This document shows, in pieces, positions 1 to 9,300 of a DNA stretch of 64,000 bases. This DNA comes from an uncultured Planctomycetota bacterium (GTDB lineage Bacteria > Planctomycetota > JAJSAM01 > JAKLKS01): assembly GCA_964370855.1 (NCBI GenBank), contig CAYJMF010000001.1, positions 5,905 to 69,904 on the forward strand, given 5' to 3'. A program made the position numbers and the translations under genes. Under the pieces are notes generated by a model. It was not told the origin of the DNA. It worked only from the letters and a program-made list of their open reading frames with translations, and ran no database searches. Each line of letters begins with the position of its first letter. Within the stretch, counting starts at the first letter, position 1.

Positions 1-90
1 CTCGACGCCCGGCGGGCCGCCGCGGCCCGCGTCGAGGGGGCCAGGCGCCGGCAGCACGAAGAGGAACCGGCGCTCGAGGCGGCGATTGCG

Positions 91-531
91 ATGGCCGATG
101 AGGCGCTGAAGGAGGCCAGGAGGTGCCTCGACGAGGCCCACCGTGCCAGGTACGAGACCGGCATGGCCCTTCGGCGCCACCGGGACCGCGTCCTCGACGA
201 CATTCGCCGCGGCGAGGGGGAACTGCGGAGAACGGCCGACCCGCGGATCCTCGCCGCCTACGCCCGGGTCCACGAAGCCTGCGCCGAGTGGCACCACACC
301 GCGCGCCGGCTCCTGCGGATCGTGGTGCATGGGGAGTTCATGAACTCCTACCGCGTGGCGGAGAACGAGGCGGAGGTGAATGCGCTGGAACGGCGCCTGG
401 AGGACTGCCACGCGGCCCTGGAGAGGCTGACTCTCGTTGCGGCTCCCGCGGAGGAGGAGATCACGGCAGCGGTCCGGGAGGCCGACGCCGCGGTCGGGGC
501 GGTGACGCTGCCCGACGGCGGCGGCCGGTAG
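91..531 (+). CDS. hypothetical protein (mobile-element cargo, upstream of xis-int)
   Basis: 146-aa ORF co-directional with the downstream xis-int genes; no recognisable motif. High-GC context makes spurious ORFs common. Confidence 0.4.
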   Translation: MADEALKEARRCLDEAHRARYETGMALRRHRDRVLDDIRRGEGELRRTADPRILAAYARVHEACAEWHHTARRLLRIVVHGEFMNSYRVAENEAEVNALERRLEDCHAALERLTLVAAPAEEEITAAVREADAAVGAVTLPDGGGR

Positions 532-556
532 GGGTCCCCCCGGAAAGGAGGTCGTG

Positions 557-979
557 ATGACGAACCGGACACCGAAGTCGCGGGAGGCGAGGATGCGGGT
601 CGTGGAGGTCCTCAAGCTCGAGGCCGGCATGGTGGAGTTCATCCGCACCCCCAGCCGGGACCAGCGGCTGCGGCTCCTCGCCCTTTGGAGGCTTCAGGCC
701 GGCCTGCCCGCGTACGACCCGGCCCCCCGCCGCCCCGCCGGAAAGGGCACGCCCATCGACGTGTCCTTCCTCGTCCGGGAACAGGCCCGCGTGGAGGCGA
801 GGCGGAAGGCCCGCCGGAGGACCCTCAACGCCCTCGGTCTCCACGAGGACGCCCAGGGCCGCACCGTCTGCGTCCTCTGCGGCGAGGCGGTCTCCACGGC
901 GTTCACCGGCCTCCGGGGTGCCTCGCCCTGGGCCGAGGGGCTGTGGCACCGGACCCTGTGCGCCGCGAGGGCGACGTAG
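557..979 (+). CDS. hypothetical Cys/His-containing protein
   Basis: ATG at 557 preceded by AAGGAGG 7 nt upstream (the track starts 3 nt earlier at a GTG). Contains CVLCGE...HRTLC, a possible zinc-binding pair. 23-nt gap after the previous ORF suggests an operon. Confidence 0.5.
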   Translation: MTNRTPKSREARMRVVEVLKLEAGMVEFIRTPSRDQRLRLLALWRLQAGLPAYDPAPRRPAGKGTPIDVSFLVREQARVEARRKARRRTLNALGLHEDAQGRTVCVLCGEAVSTAFTGLRGASPWAEGLWHRTLCAARAT

Positions 980-1057
980 GACCGCCGATGACCGACGCCC
1001 CGCCCCCTCCTACCCGGCGCCCTCCTCACGGTCCCGGAAGCCCTCCGCCTCCTGCCC

Positions 1058-1315
1058 GTGGGGCGGGCCACCATGTACCGGCTCCTGGACCAGGGGACCG
1101 TCCCCTCCGTCCGAGTCGCCTCCCTGGGGTCCCGACGGGGCCGGATCCTCGTCGTCCGCGCTGGCCTGGAGTCCTTTGTTGCCGGCCTCACCCCCGCTCC
1201 CGAACCTCATCCCCTCCCCCGTCCCGAGTCCCGGAGGCGGCCCTCGCGCCGCGTGGACGTGGACGCCCTCCGGGCCCGGATCATCGGGATCACCTCCGCC
1301 CGGGAGGCCTCCTGA
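1058..1315 (+). CDS. xis: excisionase / HTH_17-family DNA-binding protein (Xis-like)
   Basis: 85 aa; N-terminus MYRLLDQGTVPSVRV...RILVVRAGLESFV is a typical winged-helix excisionase/MerR-like HTH. Its TGA stop overlaps the integrase ATG (TGATG at 1313-1317), consistent with translational coupling. Confidence 0.6.
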   Translation: MGRATMYRLLDQGTVPSVRVASLGSRRGRILVVRAGLESFVAGLTPAPEPHPLPRPESRRRPSRRVDVDALRARIIGITSAREAS

Positions 1316-2811
1316 TGGGGCAGGAATTCCTCCAGAACTCCCTTGAGGCGCCCCCCGCCACGAGCCCTCATGTGGCCATGATCAACCACCAGACGACCGA
1401 CGCCCCCGGGCCCGAGTCCCGGGACCGACGCTCTGCGTCCTCTCCCCAGGAGGAGGGGGGCCGCCGCCGGCGCCGCCTCTTCGGCCGGATCTACCGCAAG
1501 CCGACGTCCCAGTCGACTTGGTACATCCGGTACCCCGACCCCGAGAGGCAGCGGGCGCCCAACGGTCGGGTCCGAGAGATCGTCCGGTCCGTCCCCACCC
1601 GCCGGGCCGCCGAGGCCCTCCTGGCCGAGGTCCGGCGGGCCCTCTACTCCGGCGCCTACGAATCCCCGCTTCCCGCACTGCCGGCGCCGAGCGCCCCCGG
1701 GACGGCCCCCGCTGTTCCCGGGGACCGCCCACGCACCTTCACCGTCCTCGACGCCCTCGACGAGTTCATCGACACCCGCGAGGCCGCTGGCCGGTCCCCG
1801 ACGACCATCGTCAGCTACCGCGGCCACCGGGATGCCGTCGCGCAGAGTCCCCTGGGGGTCCTCCCCGCCGCCGAGGTCACCCCCGCCGACATCGAGGCCT
1901 TCCGGGCATGGCGGCGGGAGCGGTCCTGGAGGGCCGTGCGCCGCCCCGGGCGCGTGGACGATCCCGATGTGAAGGTGATCCCCCGGGCGGCGTCGGACTC
2001 GACCGTGAACCGGGCCCTCACCGTCCTCGGGGCCGCCTTCAACAGGCTGGTGAAGCTCGGTCGCCTCCGCGAGAACCCCGTCGCCCGGGTCTCCAAGGCC
2101 CGCGAGCCCCGCCACGCCCGGGCCGCCCTCTCCAAGGACGAGGCCCGACGCCTCATCGATGCCGCGGGCCCCCACCTGCGCCCCCTCATCGTGGCCGGCC
2201 TCTACACCGGGGCCCGCCGCGGGGAACTTCTCCGTCTCACCTGGGCCGACGTGAACTTCGAGTCCGGGACCATCGCTCTCTTCCGCCCCAAGGTCGGGAA
2301 CTCCTCCCGGCTCCCTCTCCACCCCCGCCTCGCCGAGGAACTCCTCGAGGTCCGGGAGGCGCGGGCGCGGAAGCGGGGCCGCCCCGTCCCCGACGACGAG
2401 CACATCTTCCTCGCGAGGTCCGGCCGCCCCTGGGTGACCATCCAGCGCGCCTTCCTGAAGGCGCTGAGGACCGCCGGCCTCGAGGGGCGCAAGGGCCTCT
2501 GCTACCACTCGCTACGCCACACCTTCGCCGTCCACTTCCTCGAGGGCGGCGCGGCGGTCCCGGACCTCCAGGGCCTCCTCGGCCACGCGGACCTGACGAC
2601 CACCCAAGTCTACGCCCGCATGGTGGACAGCCGGACCCGAGAGAGCCTCCTGGCGCTGGACTACGGCGGCCCGCGTAGGCCCCCCCGGCCCCCCCGATCA
2701 AGATGTGGATCCCCCCCGCCCCCGCTACAATGCCGCCGTCGCGCCGGGGCACCGCCACAGCGCCCCGTCGCGGCGGACGCGAGCATGCGTGGACACCTCT
2801 TGCGAACCTGA
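1315..2811 (+). CDS. int: tyrosine recombinase / phage-type integrase
   Basis: C-terminal catalytic domain with LYTGARRGELLRL (Arg I), HSLRHTFAV (His-x-x-Arg) and LLGHADLTTTQVYARMV (catalytic Tyr). N-terminal SAM-like core-binding region (TFTVLDALDEFID...). The track ORF 685-2811 is an upstream read-through extension. An alternative start lies at ~1375. Confidence 0.8.
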   Translation: MGQEFLQNSLEAPPATSPHVAMINHQTTDAPGPESRDRRSASSPQEEGGRRRRRLFGRIYRKPTSQSTWYIRYPDPERQRAPNGRVREIVRSVPTRRAAEALLAEVRRALYSGAYESPLPALPAPSAPGTAPAVPGDRPRTFTVLDALDEFIDTREAAGRSPTTIVSYRGHRDAVAQSPLGVLPAAEVTPADIEAFRAWRRERSWRAVRRPGRVDDPDVKVIPRAASDSTVNRALTVLGAAFNRLVKLGRLRENPVARVSKAREPRHARAALSKDEARRLIDAAGPHLRPLIVAGLYTGARRGELLRLTWADVNFESGTIALFRPKVGNSSRLPLHPRLAEELLEVREARARKRGRPVPDDEHIFLARSGRPWVTIQRAFLKALRTAGLEGRKGLCYHSLRHTFAVHFLEGGAAVPDLQGLLGHADLTTTQVYARMVDSRTRESLLALDYGGPRRPPRPPRSRCGSPPPPLQCRRRAGAPPQRPVAADASMRGHLLRT

Positions 2812-2881
2812 GGTCCGCAGCGGAAACCGATGCTCGCGGGCCGTCGCCGCAAGTCGCGCACGGACGCGCAGATGCAACGGG

Positions 2882-2957
2882 GCGGGCGTAGCTCAGTGGT
2901 AGAGCATCGGCTTCCCAAGCCGAATGTCGAGGGTTCGATCCCCTTCGCCCGCTCCAA
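2882..2957 (+). tRNA. tRNA-Gly (anticodon CCC)
   Basis: GCGGGCG acceptor stem pairing with CGCCCGC (7/7). D-arm GCTC-AGTGGTA-GAGC. Anticodon arm TCGGC-TTCCCAA-GCCGA gives anticodon CCC. T-arm GAGGG-TTCGATC-CCCTT, discriminator T, encoded CCA. Folded by eye, not by software. Confidence 0.8.
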
Positions 2958-3057
2958 ATCCCCCCGAGGCTAACAGCCTCATAAGCATGGGGTTACGACG
3001 CTTTCCCTTCCTCCGAACGGTCGGTTTGGCACAACCCGTTTGTGCCCCGAAATGCCC

Positions 3058-3100
3058 CACTTTGCCGTTTCACGGCAAAGTGGACGGCAAAGTGGCGGCG
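3058..3100. repeat. perfect 11-bp inverted repeat (CCACTTTGCCG-tttca-CGGCAAAGTGG) followed by a direct repeat of CGGCAAAGTGG
   Basis: Seen directly. Lies between the tRNA 3' end and the stop of the minus-strand integrase. Candidate integrase arm-type site, att-region element or terminator. Confidence 0.4.
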
Positions 3101-3148
3101 GACCCCGGGATAGGGGGTGCGGCGGTGCTGGAAGGCCCTCGGCGAGGG

Positions 3149-4394
3149 TCAGCTCGCCGGGGCGGTCTCCACGGTCCCGGCCCCGGCCCGCCGGCCCCGC
3201 CGGCGGCGCGGAACGCCCGCCGCGGGAAGCAGGGAGGGGAGACCCTCGACGGCGCCCTTCACGTCGAAGAGGGCGAGGTCGGTGTAGGCCTTCATCGTCA
3301 GCTCCATGGAGGAGTGGCGGGCGAGGGCCTGCACGACGCGGGGATGGAGGCCGAGCGCCGCGAGCGAGGTGATGAAGGTCCCGCGGAGGGCGTGGAAGTC
3401 CACGGAGCGCCCCCCCTCGTCCACCCTCGCGATGCCCGCCGCCTCGAGGTCGCTGTGGAAGGTGCGGATCTGCGGGAAGCGGGCCGACGGGAAAACGGGA
3501 TCCTGCGGCTCTCCCTTCACCGACTTCCAGCGGTACTCCTTGAGCCACCCCGCGAGTTCCTTCCGGAGAGGGACGGACTGGTCCCTCTTCGACTTGGCCA
3601 CCGCCGCCGGAATCAAGACGGTCCCCTTCTCCAGGTCGAGATCCTTCCAGGAGAGGGCCAGCATCTCCCCCTTGCGGAGCCCCGTCCCCGCGGCGAAGGC
3701 GTAGATGAGCGCGCGGGTCTCGCCGAGGAGAAGCAGCCGCGCCTCCTCGGGAGGGGTGACGCCCCTGTGCTTCCTCTCCGCCCGGGCCTGCTCCAGCGGG
3801 CGGCGGCGAGCGGCATCGAGGAGCCGGCGTAGCTCCCCGTCGGTGAGGGCGCGCCGCACGAGGCGGCGATCGGTCTCCTCGTTGAGGGAGCGGATGTTGA
3901 TGAAGGGGTCGTAGGCGAGACGGCGGTTCCGGACGAGCCATCGGCTGAACTGGAGGAGGGCAGCGCGCATGCGGTTCACGGTCCGCGCACTCAGGCCCCG
4001 GTCGGAGCGGCCCTTGAGCCACGCGGAGGCGCGGGGGCCGTCGAGCTCCTGGAGGCCGGTGAGCCCGTTCTCCTCGACGAAGAGCTGGAGGGTCCGCTCG
4101 CGATCCTCCAGGTGGACGGGGGAGAGGCGGCGGGAGGCCAGTTCGGTGAGGAAGTCCTGGACATGGTCGCCGAGGTGGCGTTCGAGCTGGTCGTCGAAGG
4201 GAGTGACGAGGCCGGCGGCCCGGTGCTCTTCCTTCTTCGAGAGGGCGAGGGCCTTGGAGTAGGCGGCCTGCCGGTCCCGGGTTTCGAGGGAACGGCGGAT
4301 CCGCTTCCCGTCCACGGTGAGGTCCACCCAGTAGACCCGGGCCTCCCGGAGCTTCCCCTTCCCCGTGCGGAATCGCGGCTTGTACACGCGCATG
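3149..4394 (-). CDS. int: tyrosine integrase (phage integrase family), transcribed toward the tRNA
   Basis: Start MRVYKPRFRTGKGKLREARVYWVDLTVDGKRIRRSL is the AP2-like N-terminal domain typical of P4/CP4-57-type integrases. The catalytic region has GTGLRKGEMLALSWKDL (Arg), HALRGTF (H-x-x-R) and MKAYTDL (Tyr). The track ORF extends to 4717 as an upstream extension; ATG at 4394 chosen. Confidence 0.85.
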
Positions 4395-4715
4395 GCGGCC
4401 TCCCGACCCGGGGCGCGCCCTGCCGGCGCCCCCGCTCCGAGGAGCCTAACGTGGAGGGGGCCCATCGACTGCTTCTTGGTTGCCGGGGCGGTCCGGGAGT
4501 CCTCCACCGGGGCGGGGCAGGTGCGGGGCCCCCGGGGTAGAGTCCCGGGGTCACCACCGGGAGGTCCCTTGGCTGGTCCCAGATCCGTCGAACCGGGCTT
4601 CGGGCGCCGGATGCCGCGTCTCCCGGCGGTGGAGACGCTCGCCCGGATCCCCCCGCTGGCCATCCTGGTGTTCCGGGCCACGGCGCCGGTGGCGGTGCCC
4701 CGGAAGGCGACCACC

Positions 4716-5375
4716 ATGATGCCGGAGAAGGAGTGGGAGGCGAATCGGAGGATCGAGGCGGCACGGCCGGGGGCCCACGCGGCGTCGATTCGGGCTCTGG
4801 CGCGTTGGTTCCGGCACCGGGAGATCCCCGTCTACCAGGTGACGGCCCGGGCGGCCATGGTCGAGGGGGTGCTCCGGGGGCCCTGGAGGGATACCGACCC
4901 GGGGCTCGTGGGGCGACTGCTCGAGTACCCGGCGAAGCCGCGGGCGTGGGTCGAACTGCTCCCCTACCTCGAACTGTTGCGGCTCCTTCGGGTCGAAGGA
5001 CATCCGAAGGCAGTACTGGCCGCGGCCCGCGAGGCGGTCGTCGGCGCCGAGAAGTCAGGGGATCCCTTGGGGATGCTGCACGGCGTGCGGGAGGTTGCGG
5101 CGATGCTGCAGGAAGATATCGCGATCCTGCACTGGGCGTCGGTCGATGAAGCCCGCGCCGCGGCGGCTCCTTCCGCGAAGGGTGGCACCGACGGGGGGGA
5201 CCCCAAGGACCCTCTGCGAACGATTCCAGAAGCGGCGAAGAGGCTGACGCTGGGGGTCCGAACGGTATGGAGGGCCATCAGCGTCGGACAGTACCGGGTC
5301 GTCCGCCTCTCGAAGAGGGTGGTCCGCATGAAGGAGTCGGAGATCCAGAGGATTCTCCGCAATAGAGAACCGTAG
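4716..5375 (+). CDS. DNA-binding protein with C-terminal HTH_17 (excisionase/MerR-like) domain
   Basis: C-terminus IPEAAKRLTLGVRTVWRAISVGQYRVVRLSKRVVRMKESEIQRIL is an HTH_17-type helix-turn-helix. Divergent from the integrase. Start uncertain (ATG 4716 or 4611; track ORF from 4365). Confidence 0.5.
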   Translation: MMPEKEWEANRRIEAARPGAHAASIRALARWFRHREIPVYQVTARAAMVEGVLRGPWRDTDPGLVGRLLEYPAKPRAWVELLPYLELLRLLRVEGHPKAVLAAAREAVVGAEKSGDPLGMLHGVREVAAMLQEDIAILHWASVDEARAAAAPSAKGGTDGGDPKDPLRTIPEAAKRLTLGVRTVWRAISVGQYRVVRLSKRVVRMKESEIQRILRNREP

Positions 5376-6054
5376 GCTCCCATGGCAGGCCCAGCCTGGC
5401 ATTTGGGGGAGGCTGGGCGATTAGCACCAGTGGTGCGCCATTTCGTCGAAGATATTGGGTTCGGACACGGCGGTGAGGGAAGCGTCGAAGGACCGTTGTC
5501 CACCAAAGCGAGGCGAGTCCAACTATCAGGACGCTCCCGCTACACCTGAGGCGGCTCGATTGGCTCCCTCGACCACTTGCGAGCTGACGATGCATGAGGG
5601 GGATTCGGCACAGCATTTCCCCACTTCCCGATCGGACAGCTTTCTGATGCGACCCGGATCTTGGCCGCTGCCAGACACCCACACTCCAAGCAGACGACAC
5701 CCAACCCTAGCCGACTACAAGGTCCGCTCCGGCCTGGCTCCCCAAAGCAATGTTGGGATCGAACGGACTCCACTTCAGGACTAGCGCGATCGAAGGAAAG
5801 CGCCGCCCTTGACAAGCCGCGGACACCATCCCCGAGACTCCTAGCAAGGGCCCCAACCGTCGGGCGAACTCCTCTACAGCACCTCAAGAACCCCTCCCCA
5901 TCGCGGTTACCAACCCCACTTCCCCACTTCCTCCGCCACTAGTGCCTCGCAAGGTAGTTCTGGTACACCCCCGCCCGAGGGAATCCTGTACCGGAACTTT
6001 CCGCGTGTCGCCCTCGCACTACCTCGCTCCAGCCACGTCCCATGCGCGCGCACG

Positions 6055-6354
6055 CTATTCACACACCAGCGTGACAAACAGCACTGCGAACGAGAACCCC
6101 GCCACCGTCGCCACAACCACCCGAAGCGGCCGCGCAACAATAGAGAGGCGGGCTAGCACGATGCAGGCCACCATACACACGAGAGTAGCGGTCCACACAA
6201 TGCCGGCCACCATGGGCACACCCATGCGATATTCGGTGCTCTGGTTCATGAACGCCGCAAACCACGTTAGGACGCTTGCCCCTGCCGCAACAACAGCCAT
6301 CACCACCGCTCCAAGATTTGCCGCCAGCACCAGTACTCTCTTACCTCGCGGCAT
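6055..6354 (-). CDS. small membrane protein (about 3 TM helices); candidate immunity protein
   Basis: 99 aa, strongly hydrophobic (LVLAANLGAVVMAVVAAGASVLTWFAAF ... VAGIVWTATLVCMVACIVLARL ... VVVATVAGFSFAVLFVTLV). Its start overlaps the stop of the upstream lipase-domain giant protein by 14 nt. A gene immediately downstream of a toxin domain is the classic immunity position. Confidence 0.6.
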   Translation of the reverse strand: MPRGKRVLVLAANLGAVVMAVVAAGASVLTWFAAFMNQSTEYRMGVPMVAGIVWTATLVCMVACIVLARLSIVARPLRVVVATVAGFSFAVLFVTLVCE

Positions 6355-9300
6355 TGCGGAATGCCTCGCCCAGATCCGTTCCTACGCCACCGTCCGTGCC
6401 AACCCATCCAGAGTCTTCGTGCTTTGCATCATAGGTCTTTCCACCGCCCAAATCCCGCGTACTCGGAGCCAGGATCACACTATCAGCTCTAAACACAAGC
6501 TGCCCCAACTTGCTGTACTTTGACATGTATCCGACAAATGCATTCTGAATATTTCCCGGCAAACCGTAGGGCCTCGAATCAATGTTACTCGAGAAGGCCG
6601 GGGGGAACGACACATGAGTATGACCGCGCATTTGCGCCATGTCAGAGTGGTCCATCAAGCCGCTATCCACCGGATCAATAAGCCCGATAAATCGCACCTT
6701 GAGGCCGGCTCCCAAGATCTTGTTGCCCTTGCACCTACAGCCGGCCTTGCTAATGAACCCCGCAATATACATAGCCATGATTGCTCCGCGCGACCACCCC
6801 ATGATATCGATTTTTATTCTATCCTTATCACACCCCGCCTCCAAGTAGGCGCATACCTTCGAGCAGTACCATGCCATAGCCTTGTGCCACACGGCCATGA
6901 ATTCATTCGTATCCTTCAGCAGCCCCTTCCCCAGGGTGTCTGGAACGGTTGCGCTAACTTCAAAGGTATCGTAAAATGTCTCGCCGGTTGCTCCCTTGCC
7001 CTCGGCCGTCTTCTTGTAGGAGTCGCGCTGTCCCTGAATTGTGGTGTTCGTATATGGAGCATTCCCACGATTCCTGCCCCCCTCAAAGAAGAAGCCGAGC
7101 CACAGGTCCTTCTTGCAGGGGTCCTTTACCCCCTCCTTAGAGTCTCTGGTGGCACTTCGAACACCCTCAGTCGTCGCTTGGTCGGGAGGCTGCTTCGGCT
7201 TCTCCGGGACCTTCGGCTCCTCGGAGACAGGCGCTTCCTCCACCTTCTTCTGCGGTGGAACAGGCTTATCGTCCTGCGCCGGTACGGGAGGGCCCTGCTG
7301 CGCGACAGCCGTAACGGAATCTGCTGCACCAGGGAGCCCGATACCAGCAACGGAATCTCCCGTGAGTTTTCTCTGACCATCCATTAGAGGTGTGTCACCG
7401 CCGGATGGAGGAGGTCCCATGGATCCGGGTTGGCCGATATCAGGCGGCGATTCCCCCGCCCCCCCCTTTCCCTTCTCGGCCGGATCACTCGGCTCCCATT
7501 GGCAGGTGGCATTGTTGCACACAGTAGTTGGGGGACAGGGTGGGTCCATATCCTTGCACTTTGGTGGAGGTCCACAATTCGGCCACGTCCCGAGCGGTAC
7601 CACAGCGTCGTCCTGGGGGGCCTTCTTCTTTCTCTCTTCCTCCTTTCGCTTCTTCCACTCCTCCTCGGTCTCGTCGGCTCTCTTCTTCTTGTCTTCTCCC
7701 TCTTGTTCCTCCTCGTCCGCCTTTCTGTCATAGTCGTCCGCGGCCTTATCGGCCCTTGCTGCCTTTTCTTGGTAGAATGCCACAGCAGCCCAGCGACCCT
7801 CCTTCGCCGCTTGGTCCGCCTTCTTCCTGTAGTAGTCGCCCTGCTTCCTTGCCTCGCCAGCCCTTTTCCGGTTCTTCTCAGCCTCAGCGCGGTGTGCCAT
7901 TGCCTCGCGGAACATTGGATCCCGCTTTGCCCGTTCCTCGTCCGCCTTCTTCTGAAGCCTATCAAGTTCCTTCTTGTTGGCAAGTGCCTTCAACTCCAGT
8001 TCCTTCTTTTTCGCTGTATTGGCCTGTTCCTTTGCCTTATTCGACTTCTCCGTCTCCTCCTTGGCCTTCTTCGAATAGTAATCCTGCGCTGCCTTCGTAC
8101 TGGCTTTCTCAGCTTTCGCCGCGAACTCCTTAGCGCGAGCCTCATGCTTGTCCGCGGCGCGGTTGAATTTTTGAGCAGTATCACCGTGCTTCACTCCCTC
8201 CCTGAATAGGGGATCCTCCGCGGCCCTCTCTAAATCTGCGCGTCGCTGGCGCTTGGCTGCCGCCAAGGCCTCGGCAGCCTGTGTGGCACCTTCCGCCCCT
8301 CCTGCGCCTCCCTCCTTCTCAGTGATTTCCTTATATTCCTTCTCATAGTCATCAATCCTCTTCTGGGCACGTTCCGCAGCCAGAGTATCTCCACGCTTTT
8401 CAGCGTCCGCCTTCTCTTGCTTCGCGCGTTCGACGGCCAGCCTAGCCTGTCTCTCTCTGTCGGATTCAGCCAGGAGGTCCGCCGCCTCCTGCTGTAGTCG
8501 ATCAGCTCGCTCCTTTGCTCGTCTGTAGGCTTCCGCATCTCCGCGCTTCGCGGCTCTCTCCGCATCACGGGCCGCACGATCCGCCACGATAGCAGCTTCT
8601 TTGGCCCGGTCTGACGCAGCCCGCGCCCGGGCAACGACGGCGGGGTCGGCATCGTTCTCAGCATCGCGGAGCCGACTTTCCCGCTCGGCAGCGGCACTCC
8701 GAAGGCCCTGTGCTTGGTAGCGAACCTCACGAGCCTTGCGCAGCCCCTCAGGATCTCTGTACTGTTCGTCGTGTTCTCGCTCGCGCTCCCTCTGCTGCGC
8801 CCTTCGTTGAGCCGCCTGCTCTATGAGCCGCAGGATGTCTGAGGAAGGGGCTGTCGACTGCTGCGATGCCTCGAACCCTGACTTCAAGGCGTCGAGGGTC
8901 CAATAATCCAAGTCTGCCTTTGCCTGTGCGTACTCTTCCTTGGCCCTCTCCAGCTTCGTGGCCAGCTCCACTTCCTTCTTCAATGCACCCTTGAACACCG
9001 CGCCGTAGAAGGCCACGCTCTGTTCAATGCGAGCCAACCACGCAGTGTCTTCTGATTGCTCGTCCTCTCGTTTGACCTCACCCAGGATCACTCTCTTGCG
9101 AATTGAGTCTTCTTCTTCCTGAATTGCGCGGTTGTATTGCTCAGTCAAATCCTTGACCACTTCCTCAGCCTTGACCATCCGCTCGAACGCTTCATCCGCA
9201 TTGTTCTCGGCTTCCCCAGCACGCTGTACTGCGCCGACTCCTCCACCACCAGGCCCTCTTGAAGCGACCCCGGCGATTCCTGCAAGGAGATTGGCTCCAT

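Noticed and set aside
685-2811. 708-aa ORF as a single giant integrase
   Set aside because: Only the C-terminal ~500 aa show integrase features. The N-terminal part overlaps the real upstream genes (557-979, xis) in another frame and is typical high-GC stop-codon-poor read-through.
5745-5790. Second tRNA or tRNA fragment (GTTCGATCC T-loop-like 9-mer on the minus strand)
   Set aside because: I could not build acceptor, D or anticodon stems around it. Probably a chance match to the common T-loop consensus.
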